A stretch of DNA of 36,997 nt from the NCBI GenBank assembly GCA_032718475.1, contig JAUCBJ010003232.1, forward strand, positions 1 through 36,997. Direction: 5' to 3'. Made by a program: the position numbers and the translations under genes. The stretch is from Nemertoderma westbladi (taxonomy: Eukaryota; Animalia; Xenacoelomorpha). Shown piece after piece: positions 10,651-23,082 of this stretch; the stretch's first letter is position 1, and each line of letters begins with the position of its first letter. The notes beneath the pieces were generated by a model. It ran no database searches and was not told the origin of the DNA. It saw nothing but the letters and a program-made list of their open reading frames with translations.

Positions 10651-11172
10651 GACTTCGATGTGGTATGCCTGGAAGGCACCACGCGAGACATGCGAACTCC
10701 TAAGTACAAATTCAAATAATCTAAATAATTGAAAAGTGCAATTAGTATGTACGTACGTAGTAATCATTATTAGTTTAGCAAGTAAATACAATCAAAGTAA
10801 GTACTATAGTCATACAACCTTTTTCCAATTAGCTACTGGGACTGGGGGACGATTGACTATGACGAACGGGATGCTGGACGACTTCACACTTCTTGAGTGC
10901 GACGGCACAGGAGGGGGGTGAGACTCGTCGGGAGTGAGTGGGTGAGATAGGGGTTGAGTTGTAGTGCGGAGAGAGTGCGGGTGCAATTCAAGTGTGAGGG
11001 GAGGAATAAGAGGCTGAGTGAGGGACAGGGAGGTCCGAGAGTTAGAGCGGAAGTGAGGAGAAGTAAAGGAGAGTCAGGATGAGAATAGAGTGGAGTTAAA
11101 GTGGCGAAAGTGTTGGGAAAACAAAAATTGTGTGAGAGGAGCGCACGACCGGCCCGACACGGGACACGGGGC

Positions 11173-11568
11173 TGTTAGGGGGGAAAACGCTCCCAGAGAG
11201 GTGGGAGGCGAGAAGTGAGTTATTAGCCAATGCGGGGAATGCATCCACTGAGTAACATAATGCGGCCAACCAGTGCAATATATATTATCATTCGTTGTGC
11301 CAATTTATTCACTTCAGTAAGTCAGTTAGTGAAGGCAGTACCGGAACTCTAATCACCATCTCCGTCTACTGCCATACGATATTCAGCCATTTTACCGGTA
11401 CGGTATATCATCATCAACCGACTGTGCTATATTACCATTTATTATATTATACCCTTACATCTAGATACACCGATCAATCAACAACCCAGAACTCTTTTCA
11501 CATACACACAGCGGGGACGCGTAGATTAGAAACCGGATAAACCGGGATCCTCGGTGGATCCCGTCACA
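11173..11568 (+). repeat. 3' LTR (396 bp if it starts at TGTTAG 11173; alternative start at TG 10919)
   Basis: About 10 mismatches over 392 bp against 1000-1391. It ends in the hairpin GGGATCC-TCGGT-GGATCCC then GTCACA, followed by the TSD TTTTC. Confidence 0.85.
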
Positions 11569-12829
11569 TTTTCAAAGTCAAAATTCAAGCAACAGCAACA
11601 GCAGAAATTAGCAATTTTTACAAACGAACGGAAGTACAAAATTACAAAGAATAAAGATGGCTACTACTAAACTGCGAAGAATGACGCAATGTCTAAGCCT
11701 GCTCACATGATTAGGCGAATCCAGGGTTCTCTCAGCTGGATTTTCAGCCAACCAGTGCGCAGGACTTAATTTGGTGCCTCAACTTAATTTGGTGATTATT
11801 AAAGCACAATTTAGGTATTAATTCGGTACAGCATTGATTTATAGAGAATTATAAATGACATTAGCACAAATATATATTAAATTCGAATGATTTCAAGAAA
11901 CGGCAAATTCATATTCGTGTTTTATAGAGGTTTGCCACCGCAAATTAATATACTAAGGTTTTATAATAAAAAGTACGTAAGTAGGGCTACATACTGTATA
12001 AAATCGGTTGCATATAAATGAACTTATGCATTATATTTACCCTATCTAATTACGGCTGTACATCAATACGACTTATCTAATTATTCTATACTGTACGATG
12101 GGTTGTCTTAGTACACAACGACATATATTGTAACACCGCTCCAAGAGAAACATGTAATGTTTCTCTCCAATTGTAGAAGAAATAGGGCGATGTGAAATAG
12201 CAAAATAAAATTTAATTTCCAACAAATCAAACAACTTGGTTCTAATGGTTCTAATAATTACGTACAAAATATTGCCATTATTTACTACATAATAATAATT
12301 ACATACAAATTAATACAAAATATTGCCACTGTTACTGCATAATAATGATTACATACAAATTAAGTTACAAATATACCTCGCTTTATTTACAATTAACTAT
12401 TTACTTACTGAAATGGAACATGGCTAGGACAATGTCCCCCATTTCCCATCTCAAATTATAGAGAACAAATAATAACAAAAGGAACTAAAATATTACAAAA
12501 CATGTTAGAGGCTAACTATTTAACTAAATATTATTGCGTTTTAAGGCCGATAATTAAACTAAATATAAAAAATACATAATAATTTCTTTCATTTTGGAAC
12601 TTTATTAAATTGTATAAAAAACGCAAAATCACCTTACTTGGGTGATTGCTCGGGTAAGTGAAAGGAGTAAGCCAAACCCGCGGGTTTGTCTACCCAATCA
12701 CTCCATTTGCCTCCTCCAATAACTGTTTTAGTGCAAATTGGTCGTGTATATAGATAGTGAGTCTAGTCTGATATATATTTTATTACCTACAATATACATC
12801 AGAGCGACGATGATGTATATATCTACAGT

Positions 12830-15157
12830 TTGTTGCTCACTGCCGTCATGTGGCATTATCGGCTGGCTCCCGGGTTTCTCGGGCTCACACCCCTCTTCCG
12901 ACCTCGTCCTAAATATACCAATCTGCTCCCGGCAGATTCTGCTGATGGCGTCCTGGAGGCCTCGCTTCCTGGGATTGGCGACGAAGACAATCCTTGCACG
13001 CTAATGTTTCCCGACTAACGCCCTGTCCTCGACCTCGCCCCATATGCCACGCCACTGTGGGTAACTCCGCCAACTCCTCCTTCTCTAGCTGCATGCGCGC
13101 CCTTTCGGACGTCCCCTGTGCCTTTCACTGCACGCGCTGTGCATCTATAATTACATGATATTGCGAATCCTTAGCTTGCCGTTTCCCAAGGATCGACTCA
13201 CCAGTACTCTGTGGTGAGCCATGGGCTCTGGTTGTCGTCGCTGTGGGCGCGTCGGCTCTTTCTTCCTCTACTCGTTCAGCGGTCAATGACCCCAAACGAA
13301 CATGCGTTAATAGGAACTCTTTCCTATATTGGATGGCCGCCATCCTCCAATAGCCTCGCACGCGTACAACTTTCCTGGTCTCTGACAGTATTCCATTCGT
13401 GATCCTGTCACAAATGCGGACAAAGTTCCATGTATACCGATTATCCATGTTGAGCTGTCGGAAATATGATCAAATAACCACAACTCCTGTATTCCTTGGA
13501 AGGTCTTGGGCAGTAGGCATCAACTATTGATACTGCGGTAGCGATTGAAGGTAGGGTTCGTACGGTACATGTGATGGATCCACGGCCTAGAATCCATATC
13601 CTGCCTTGAACGGCAGCCACCGCATTTGGGCCTGGATGTGATAGTCCGCCACTTCCTCCCACTTGTCCAACATCTCTCGAAAAAGGTTGGTGCTATGGTG
13701 CTGAAAGGAGTCATTGCGCAGCTGACACTTGGAACTGCGATGTCCCTTCACACCACAATATCCGCACTGGGAAATGAACATGGTACACGTGTAGAAGGAA
13801 TGATCCATTTCATTGCACCAACGGCAGACCTTGTGGGTTGGTTCGACCACAGGGTCACACATTTTCTGACTGTGTCTTGTGCTACTGCACAATTTACATC
13901 TACGCGCTTGCGGGAACCAAGCCCTCTCATATATTAGGTCTCCAATCGGTTTCACACTCCCTTCTTTCCCAATGTCTAGAACAATGTCATCTTCTCCGGT
14001 CAAGGGTTGCTGTTCTGGAACGAAGTAAGCATCCTCACCCTTACTCTCGATCTCTAATGTTTCCTCTCTCGTCTGTTTAAAATATGTCTTCTCCATCGGA
14101 AGGACCATTCTGAACACCTCTACTAACATCTCCGGCCAACCCTCTCCCTTCTTCTCCCTAACCACTCTGTCCACGTCCAAGTGGCCGGGAATACCAAACC
14201 CGCGGGTTTGGTTCCCGAACCACTTCTCTAACGCTTCTGGCGTCAGATACTCCATGGAAGGTCGATCTCCAAAGTCTCCAATGTTCTGTCGGTATACTCC
14301 CTCGAAGATTGCTAATCCCTTTCTGACCATCGATGTGTTATCCAAAGATTGGTTGAAGAACGGGGTTAAGAAATGCTTCATCACATCGGATTGAATGTCT
14401 CCCTTCGATCTGATGTATTGATCTCCTCCAAACACCAACAGATGGCGCTTCAAAACTCTCGCAACTATATCCGTTATCAGGCAAATTACCAGGCAATGAG
14501 AAATACTGCAACGAAGCGTGAGGTGGTGCGAAGATGTTCCAATATACCAAAGCTTGCTGCTTGAAATGGGATTTGAACTCATCTCCCGGCGGCGTGTTAT
14601 ATTCACCGTACGCCTCCTCATACTTATTCTGCGTCTTCAACTTAAAATCCCAATTATACAATAAATGCGCTATAAAAACCATACCAGTCTTGGCAGAATT
14701 AGGGTACTCTCTATAAATCCCAACATCCTGTGACCATAGCAGTACTAGTTTCGTATCGACAAATGGTCTCAGCAATCGGTCCTCCGGGTCCGCCCTAGCA
14801 TTGAAATCACTCTTTAAATCGCTTTGGACACCTGATCCCACCTTGACATAATCTTGGTTGAGGATCGCCTCCCTAACCTTCTTGGGCAACATCCTCGCAT
14901 CTATTCGCTCCGCTCCATGCATACCTCCTCGCCTACATACCTCTAGAATCTGCTCCCGGGGATCCTTCCCGCATCTATATTGGGTCGTTATGATTGGCTC
15001 CGGTCTGTCCCGGTCCGCTCTCACGCGCATGAACACGTGGGTTTTACCATCGGCTGCTCGGATTTGGATACATTTGCTCATCAGGCACTCTTGGTGAGAC
15101 CCTCCCTCATTATCATAGAACATTAATCGCCAGTCCTCTAATGACTCCTCCGCCTTT
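12830..15157 (-). pseudogene. Diverged, 5'-truncated paralog of the exonuclease + 3x CCHC protein
   Basis: ORFs 14338-15123 and 13587-14621 (frameshifted), plus downstream pieces. Motifs: MFYDNEG; LPKKVREAILNQDYVKVGSGVQSD; FVDT; CKLC-H-C, CRWC-H-C and CGYC-GH-C; WEEVAD...R...GYGF. These are collinear with ORF2. Confidence 0.75.
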
Positions 15158-15779
15158 AACCGGATTTAACCTAATATTGTTTTTTGCTAAAAACGGCAGA
15201 TCCAAAGTTTTAAAAGCTTCTGTAAGCTTATGCATATATTTGTAAAAGTATATAAGCGCATAATATTCTCGAACTGCAGAGAGTAACGGAATTTCGCCTT
15301 TCTGCCTCAACTCCATTCCACTGCTGTCGGTAATTTTCTTCCCGAAAATAGTGCGTAATGCGTAATTTTGTACCTTTTCAAATTTATAAAGCAGTTACTT
15401 TGAACCATGTTTGTCAGGGAGAGACACAAGCAGCTGACAACAATAATTATGATAGGGCATAGTAAGCGTTTTATATAATTGCAATTTAGTTTTATTGGGC
15501 AATTGACCCTTTATTATTCGTAAACAAGAAATGGTAAGAGTCATTTTTTGGATCATTTTCCCTATGTAATTCCTATGTAATTCCTTATGTAATTCCGTTT
15601 TGTCCGGGTTCAGTTTCAAATGAGAATCATTAAATATTTTTTGAATTTTCTGAACATTCGACTCTAACAATTTTGTAGCTTGTTCTGGATCTGAGTCAGC
15701 CACATAAATAACTGTATCATCAGCATACTGTATAATTGAAACATTTGTCAGTTGTTCTGGAATGTTATTGGTATATAGC

Positions 15780-17893
15780 CATAGCCTACTATATTACAGG
15801 CCGTGCCAACGTGCAGATACAATTCTGACTTGGCGGCCGAGTTGGACTTGGAACCAGACTCCGCAATCAGCCAGTAGGCCTACAGCCAGACAGCAATACC
15901 TGAATTCAGCAATGGAGCCTACACTACCTACAGACCTACGTGTGTTCCGTGTCTTACTTGTATGTACTGTACTGGTACTCCAGTACTCCCTTTAAGAAGT
16001 TTTAGATAAGTTTTAGGCTACCTGTGCCTTTGCGTCGAAAATCTTCGACGCAGCATTACGACCGGCATCGGAAGCGGAAGCCATCGCAAAGATGTGTGTG
16101 TGTGTAAAACTATAGGCCAAGTCCAAGTCTACCGGTATTAGGCCTACTTGGTGCTTGGATATCGATATGCCTCGGAAGTGCTGCGTGCCAGTGTCAGTCA
16201 AACTATAAAAACGCCACACCATGCAGCGTTTTCCGTATTCCAGGGGAGGAGCCCTATCAGCCTATAGATCGTCATGGATTTCCGTATTATCAAAAGTGCG
16301 TGCTAATTTGCATGTGACTAAACAAACCGTTGTTTGTGAACTCCACTGGCCTGAAAACTATGAAAAGCGCCGTGCTTATCGCTCAATTAAAATTATTCCA
16401 GCAGAACCATTGTCTGTGGCCAAACATCGCTCCAAGTTGTACGCCCACGCCCACCCACGCTAACAACCGTCCCCGCAACCGTAAACTCGTTGCATCTATG
16501 CGATCATTACAGCCGGACGAGTTACCCCAGTTTCTGCAGGGGGATATTGTGACTTATGCATTAATTCGCTCAACAGCTGCTGATAAACTTAACTGTTTCC
16601 AAAATCTTATCGTCTATGAGTGCAATGATTCTGATGGATGTAATGGGAACAATATGACGACTATATTGCAATCGTCTGAACTTATCGGTTTGACGCCAAA
16701 ATTTATGATGAAGATAAAGACATCGCTGCACGAACATTTCTACACGAACATTTGACGTGTATGGCTCCAGTTTCTGTGGGAGATAAGCGCTGGGATCCTG
16801 AAACATTGGTTCAGCTTTCGAGTATTATGCCACTAGCCGTTGCTTATACCGTAAACTTAGAGAAGATTTTAAACTGCCAGGAGTGCGAACTTTACAACGA
16901 ATCACATCTTCCGACTCACATGCTGATGACTCTATGTTTTTATTTAGCGTTTTTAACAAACTTCCAATCGAGCAACGTCGTTGTATAATTCTTCTCGATG
17001 AAATTTATGTTAAAGCTGCATTGAGATATGTAGGTGGAGAACTATTTGGAGAGGATGCTAATTCCCCAGGACAATGATATGCTAATGATGTGTTTTTCAA
17101 TTAAAGCAATCAAGTTGTGCTAATGATATGTTTTTCAATTAAAGCAATCAAGTTGTGCTAATGATATGTTTTATTTATTGCCATACAGTAAAGTTAATTA
17201 CGTTAAGTGTGAAGTTATCAGGCTAATAGTCGAGTCAATCTAGTAAAAAAACCCATAAGTATTTCGCCATCAATCCGAACCACACATTTTGGATTCTATA
17301 GTACCTTATTAATGACCAAAAAAAAGTCTATAAAATTTTATTTTGCGGATCATATGTTTATTCATGGAAATTCTGCGTAAATTTGCATAACACAAGCCAA
17401 ACAAAAGGAACAGTAGGGAAAAGTAAGTAGAAAATTGGTGATGTTCCAGAATAATTAAATTAATTTCACAATAAGCTGTGATTCAATGGGAAATTAGTAA
17501 TATTTACAATGGCGTGTTACACATTAATTGCTATATCTCGGAAACTAGAAATCGCATCAAAATTTTAAATATATCAAAAACTTCACGATATATTAAGGTA
17601 ACCGTTGTAAAAAAATTATACAATTCCACTGCAAGACCAATAAGACCAATTTCAATTAATTATAATCCAGCAGATTAACAGACAAACTGTAATCAATGAC
17701 ATAAAGTTTAATTAAAGTTTCATAACGTATGCAATATGCATGCATCCTACGGAAAACGTATTTAGTGCATTTAGTTATCAGGTTTTGTGATGATGACACC
17801 TCCACTAATAGTTATAGGTAGGTTATTACAGGTCGGCCGCCAAGTCAGAATCGTACCTGCACGTTGGCACGGCCTGTAATATAGTAGGCTATG
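15780..17893 (+). mobile_element. P-superfamily DNA transposon, internally deleted, with a THAP-transposase remnant
   Basis: 61-bp TIRs at 15780-15840 and 17833-17893 (2 mismatches), CAT...ATG termini, and the 8-bp TSD TATATAGC (15772-15779 and 17894-17901). Confidence 0.92.
16167..17077 (+). pseudogene. Frameshifted THAP-domain P-element transposase fragment
   Basis: MPRKCCVP at 16167, then W...VVCELHW (THAP C2CH), and RRCIILLDEIYVK (first catalytic Asp region of P transposases). Confidence 0.82.
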
Positions 17894-19289
17894 TATATAG
17901 CATAAATAATAGAGGCCCTAAAATGGTACCTTGGGGAACGCCCCTTGTTTCAGTTAGCCAATCAGAAAAAGTATTTTCTACTTTAACACGTTGCTTCCTT
18001 TTCAATAGGTAATTTTGTATGAGGTTCAGTGCAGTCGAGTGGAAGCCTAAATGTTTGAGTCTGTGATTCAAAATGTCATGATTTATAGAGTTGAAAGCTT
18101 TGCTTAGGTCTAAAAATGCGGCTGCGACAAATTTGTTGTCATTCAAATGTTGACGCCAATTCTCAGTTAAGTAAGTAACAGCATCAACAGTAGAAAATCC
18201 TTTTCGGAAACCAAATTGTTTTGGGTATAAAAGCTTATTATCTTTGACATATTCAAGTATTTGAGAACACATAATTTTTTCAACAACTTTGGCAAAAGGA
18301 GACGTTATTGCAACTGGTCTGTCGCAGCATTCGCAGCATGAAATAGATCACCTTTTTTATAAATTGGGGAAATATTCGACAATTTTAGATGGTCTGGGAA
18401 TAAAGATTTCGTCAAACATTGATTTATTAGAAAATGCAACGGCCCCGAAATGTGAGATCGAATTTCCCTTATTATTTTTGTAGGTATTTTACAAGGTCCA
18501 GAGGACTTATTTTCATTTAATTGATCAATTCTATAGTCTACTTCTAATAGACTCACGCATTTAAAAGAAAAATGAGCTCGGTTTTGTACAGAGTCGACTG
18601 GTAGGGTATAAATGCCCATATTGGTCGACGAGCAATTAAAAAAGTTCCCTAAATTTAGAAAAGTTTCATTCATGGCATTTGATAATTGTTTTCTGTTAGT
18701 TATTAAAATACCTCTGTATTTGATACAGTTAATGGAGGCACTTTTGATTTTATTATTTATAATTTTATTAATTATTTTCCACCTTGATTTGCTGTCCCTG
18801 GCACTCAGATATTTATTTTTTACGAAATTATTCTTTAGTTTATTGTCCAGATTATTAAACTTATTTCGCAATAATTTGTATGCTTTGTAATCGTTATCAC
18901 TTTTTGTACGGCGCCAAAGTGCAAATTTTTTATATTTATTGGTTTTTAACTCATTAAGTTCATCTGTTGCCCAGTCATCTCTCATCATATTTTTATTAGG
19001 AATGACTAGTTTACGTTTCATAGGGGCATATTTATTCAGTATTTCCACTATCAGATTTTCAAAAATCTCAAATTGTTTATTGATATCATCCTCAAGATAA
19101 AAATCATTCCAGATAATATTCTCAATTTCATAAAAAGGCACCTTTGTTAAAATCAGTAAAATTCCTATACTCAATCCACTCGTTGTCTTTCTTTACCATT
19201 TTATTAAATTTATGTTTGATTGATGTCACTGTGTAATCATGATCTGAGAAATCGCATATCGCATATATAGGTATCAGAAGTCGTCCACA

Positions 19290-20085
19290 TGCTCAAACAT
19301 ACCATCCTTTGAGCTTATGCTCTGCTCATCCGGTCAGAGACTTGCTGAGGACTTTCAAAGTTAACTGTCAAAATTTTGGTCTTTCTGGAGTTAATAAAAA
19401 GATCTACACTAGAAGCAGCCTGTTCTAATGAGCTGAGGAGCAGTTTGGCTCCCTCTAGTGATTCTGAGAGAACTCCGAAGTCATTAGCAAAGTCTAGATC
19501 AGTTAGGTACTTGGCAGGATTTCCCCAACTTCTCGAGTCAGTAGGTGCAGTTACCATCACCCCATCATCATTATGATGATCTAAGGACATGCATAGAACA
19601 TAGTCAACCACAATTATGAACAAGAATGGCGCAAGTGTGTTTCCCTGTAGGACTCCATATAACACTTCAAATGGTTCTGTGTCACCATAAACAGTAGACA
19701 CAAAAATGTCGTCGAACCATCGTTATACTGATCTGATTGCTGAACATACGTGAGCGAGATACTGAATAAGTCAACAAAGATAACAGCCAGATGCCTGTCT
19801 TTCATTTTTGATAACTCTTTAATTATCCTTTTAAGTGCCAAAATGGGCTCCATGGTCCCACGACCTTTACGGAACCCATTCTGATTTCCACGGAGCAGTC
19901 TCTCAATGGGATCCCTGATGCGATTTAATATAATTCTGTAGTATAGCTTTGCAGCAACTGAGATCAATGAGATTCCCCGAAAAGAACCATAGAGAGTTAG
20001 GTTGCCCTTCTTGGGAACTGGCACCAACTTATTTGTTTTCATTTCTTGTGGGACTCTTGTTGTTCTGTACATGTTGCACTACAGC
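19290..20085 (-). mobile_element. RTE-clade LINE reverse transcriptase fragment
   Basis: VPVPKKGNL...RGISLISVAAKLY...NQNGFRKGR, IFVD, GVLQGNTLAPFLFIIVVDY, LDFAND (mutated YADD), INSRKTK. Frameshifted. Confidence 0.82.
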
Positions 20086-20697
20086 TAAGTTACGGGGCTA
20101 TAATTGATAGTTTAGGGTAGATACAAATAATAGTATCCAGTATGTATAGTATCCTGTATGTATAATATCAATATCAGATTAATCAGCTGCGGTCAACAGT
20201 AAAGCAGTATTGTTCAACTGTCCTTATATATATTGCAATACTGCAATAGACACATTGGAGGTGTTTCATAACTAAACCCTATAGCTTGACATTTGAATGG
20301 AACTGCCTCCGCTTTGAAGGACATATAGTATAATTATGTAATATCTGATATAAAAATATGACTAATGGATAGTAGGGTATGTCTATGCGAAATCAGCATA
20401 TGTGTAATTAATATTTAGCAACGACTAAAATGAAGTATTATCATTGAATGAATAAAATTTATTGCAGTTTTATTTGAACACCAATTCCTATGGTGTATAA
20501 ATCCTTGTACTAAACAATGGGAAATAGCCATTTGTTACCATAAGTTAGTATGTAATTTATTCCAAAATATGATTACATACATAAGGGGTGTTGAAATGTT
20601 TATTAACCTGTAGATTTGTTATTTGTTATATTAGTTATACTAAATATTATTTATACTTGTGTATTTTAAAATACTTATAAATTAGCTTCACTTTAAA

Positions 20698-22694
20698 ATG
20701 ATAGTATTGGCAGCAATTTCATTAGTATTGTTGTTTGGAGATGTTCTAACCCAAACCAATGACCATTGTCATATTGATGAAGAGCACTATTTTGATACAG
20801 AAACTAACATTTGCTATGTAGTTTCTGTTAAAAAACCTAAACCTTTTAAAGCAGCTGAGGCTATGTGCAAAAATGACTATGATGGTATTTTGGCTACAAA
20901 TAAAGATAACAGTACAGATGTTGCTATAGATAGTGTTCTACAAGCTAGCAATACCGATGAAGCATGGATTGGTCTTTCTGCCACTCGGGTTGGTTCTGGG
21001 TATACTTGGTATTGGAGTGATGGTTCAACAAATATAAGAGAAGGTAAATGGAGCACTTATGACCCTCACAATAATAAAGAGTGTGGTGCATATGATCTGC
21101 TTGGTAATGGCTGGGAGACAATTAAATGTTCAAGTAAAAAATTTTTTGTTTGCCAATATAATATAAAAGTGTCAGGAACAACAACCATAGAACCAGAGAC
21201 ATCTACCCATTCAGAAAGTACAATGCAACCAGAAACAGCCGAACCAGAAACAACCACCGCACCAGAAACAACCACCTCACCTGACACTACCACCGCACCA
21301 GAAACAACCACCACACCAGACACAACCACCGCACGAGAAACAACCACCGCACCAGACACAACCACCGCACCAGAAACAACCTCCTCACCTGACACAACCA
21401 CCGCATCAGACACAACCACCGCACCAGACACAACTCCAGAATCCTCCATCATTGTAACATGTGAGTCAGACCTGATTAGAGTAGAAATTCTCAACAGTTT
21501 CTCCATTCAAATGGAAGATTATGAATTTACATTTGACAAAAGCGAATGTAAAGGTTTCTATGAATCAGGCAAACATACACTGGAAACCATTCCCAATGAA
21601 TGTGGGTTTTCAAGACATGTAAATGGAAACAAATCCCTGACATACAGTAATGTTGCAGTTGGTATACCAATCCCTGAAGGTGTTGGTATTACTCGACTTA
21701 AGCCAATCTATATCTCTGTGGAATGCGAGTATGATGTAGAAGAAGATAACTTGGGACAAATTTATTTACCAAAAGGGAACATTACTGATGACAGCAGTGG
21801 TGATGGTGATTTAGAATTCTCAGTAAATATTTACCAAATCTCAAATGATTCAGCAGATGCCAGCGAATCAGAATTAGGTGAAAAGCTCAAACTAGTTGCA
21901 ACTCTTCATTCTGATGATTCTGAACTAGAAATATTTATTGAAAATTGTTATGGATTACCCTCAAATGAAGCTGAAAAGACAGATGATGTGCCTGTCCACT
22001 ATCTCGTGGAACAAGGTTGTGCTGTTGATGAGACAGTAGAATTCCAGGAAGAATCAGACAGTCACCAGGAGTCGTTCACTTTTACTACCTTTGAGTTTAC
22101 AGATGGGTCGAAATATGTTGATATAAGGTAAGTTAATTTAAAACTAAATAAGCAATAGGTTGGTCTTGTGGTGGTGACTTTATTGGTTATCATTACAAAG
22201 GTTTCATGTTCAAGTCTTGGATAAAGCAGTATTTTTTTTTAAGGTATTTGTCAAGTTTTTTACTAAAGTTACTTTATAAACCGCTTAGAATGATTCACTG
22301 TGGAAGATTACCCTCCCAGCATAGTCACTGAACAGGCAGTCCTTGGCAGAATATGAATAATCACTGAATTCTATTTAGTAATACCTGACTGAGTTGTGTG
22401 TGAAGAAAATGCTTTATTTCTGATTTTACAACGATAATGAATAAATACTTCATGGATAAATAAAGGTTCCTTGCATGGTCTATAATTAAAAAATTCAGTT
22501 GGCAGGCTGCCACTCAAATTTGAAATACATTTTATTTCGACAGATGTGATCTGGTAACTTGTGAATCTGATGATTACAACTCTAGATGTCACGATGGCTG
22601 TCGAGATCGAAATGCCAATGAAGTTGTTGATTTTTTCAATGATAATGGAATTAAGGAAATGTCAAGGGGAATTGTAGCAAATTACATAAAGTAA
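20698..22694 (+). CDS. Secreted C-type lectin / Thr-rich mucin / zona pellucida (ZP) domain protein; exons 20698-22127 and 22544-22694
   Basis: Signal peptide MIVLAAISLVLLFG. CLECT motifs CY...A..MC...G.LA, AWIGL, WSDG and C...W...C...FVCQ. PETTTA repeats, then a ZP-N/ZP-C cysteine pattern. The GT-AG intron 22128-22543 restores RCDLVTC...SRCHDGC, with TAA at 22692-22694. Confidence 0.85.
21240..21440 (+). repeat. 18-bp coding tandem repeat (P[ED]TTT[AS])
   Basis: About 11 copies of CCAGA(A/C)ACAACCACCGCA. Confidence 0.9.
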
Positions 22695-23082
22695 TATTTG
22701 GATGGAATCATTAAGAATTATAATTGATTATATGTCATTGTTGGTGGAAGATTTCTGACTTTGGGAATAATAACATTATTATTGGAGACATCATTATTAT
22801 TACATGTTAAATTAAATATATAAAATAACAATTTTTCTGAATCGTTTGGAAATTTACATCATATTTTCGAATAACTGATAATTTTCATGGTTAATAAAAA
22901 ATAATTGGTAAGGGAAGCGAACCTGATCTTCCATAAAAGACAATTTAAATTTGTAAAGGAGATAAAGTTTTAAGGAGATAAAGTTTTAAGTTAAATAAGA
23001 ATCAAGGAAACTGATGTTAACTGTTAACTTTATACTGCCGCATTGCATTGGTTGAAACTATATAGGAACCATATCCCATGGC

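Larger units (their letters stand above)
819..11568 (+). mobile_element. Non-autonomous BEL/Pao-type LTR retrotransposon (gag-pro, pol-deleted) carrying an exonuclease/zinc-knuckle ORF
   Basis: It starts TGTTAG at 819 and ends GTCACA at 11568, with TTTTC on both sides (814-818 and 11569-11573). Direct terminal repeats 1000-1391 and 11177-11568 are about 97% identical. The interior has BEL-type Gag and protease motifs. Confidence 0.88.
15158..19270 (-). mobile_element. Decayed L2/CR1-group (Jockey supergroup) LINE ORF2, from the end of the APE domain through RT and C-terminus, split by a P element
   Basis: SDH motif near 19240, then KSSGPCKIP, ISPIYKKGD, QFGFRKGFST, FLDLSKAF and GVPQGTILGPLLF. 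After removing 15780-17901 it continues LYTNNIP...IQYADDTVI, LKLNPDKTE and KVQNYALRTIFG...YFYKYMHKL. Confidence 0.88.

Noticed and set aside
15113-15316. 67-aa ORF as the N-terminus of the exonuclease paralog, or a LINE-exonuclease fusion
   Set aside because: Its sequence continues the LINE RT C-terminal domain (KVQNYALRTIFG...YFYKYMH) and is out of frame with the exonuclease, so this is a truncation junction.
17079-17170. 38-bp tandem duplication inside the P element
   Set aside because: It is a local duplication at the internal deletion breakpoint with no sign of function.
21066-21506. Minus-strand VVVSGA repeat ORF
   Set aside because: It is the antisense shadow of the mucin repeat.
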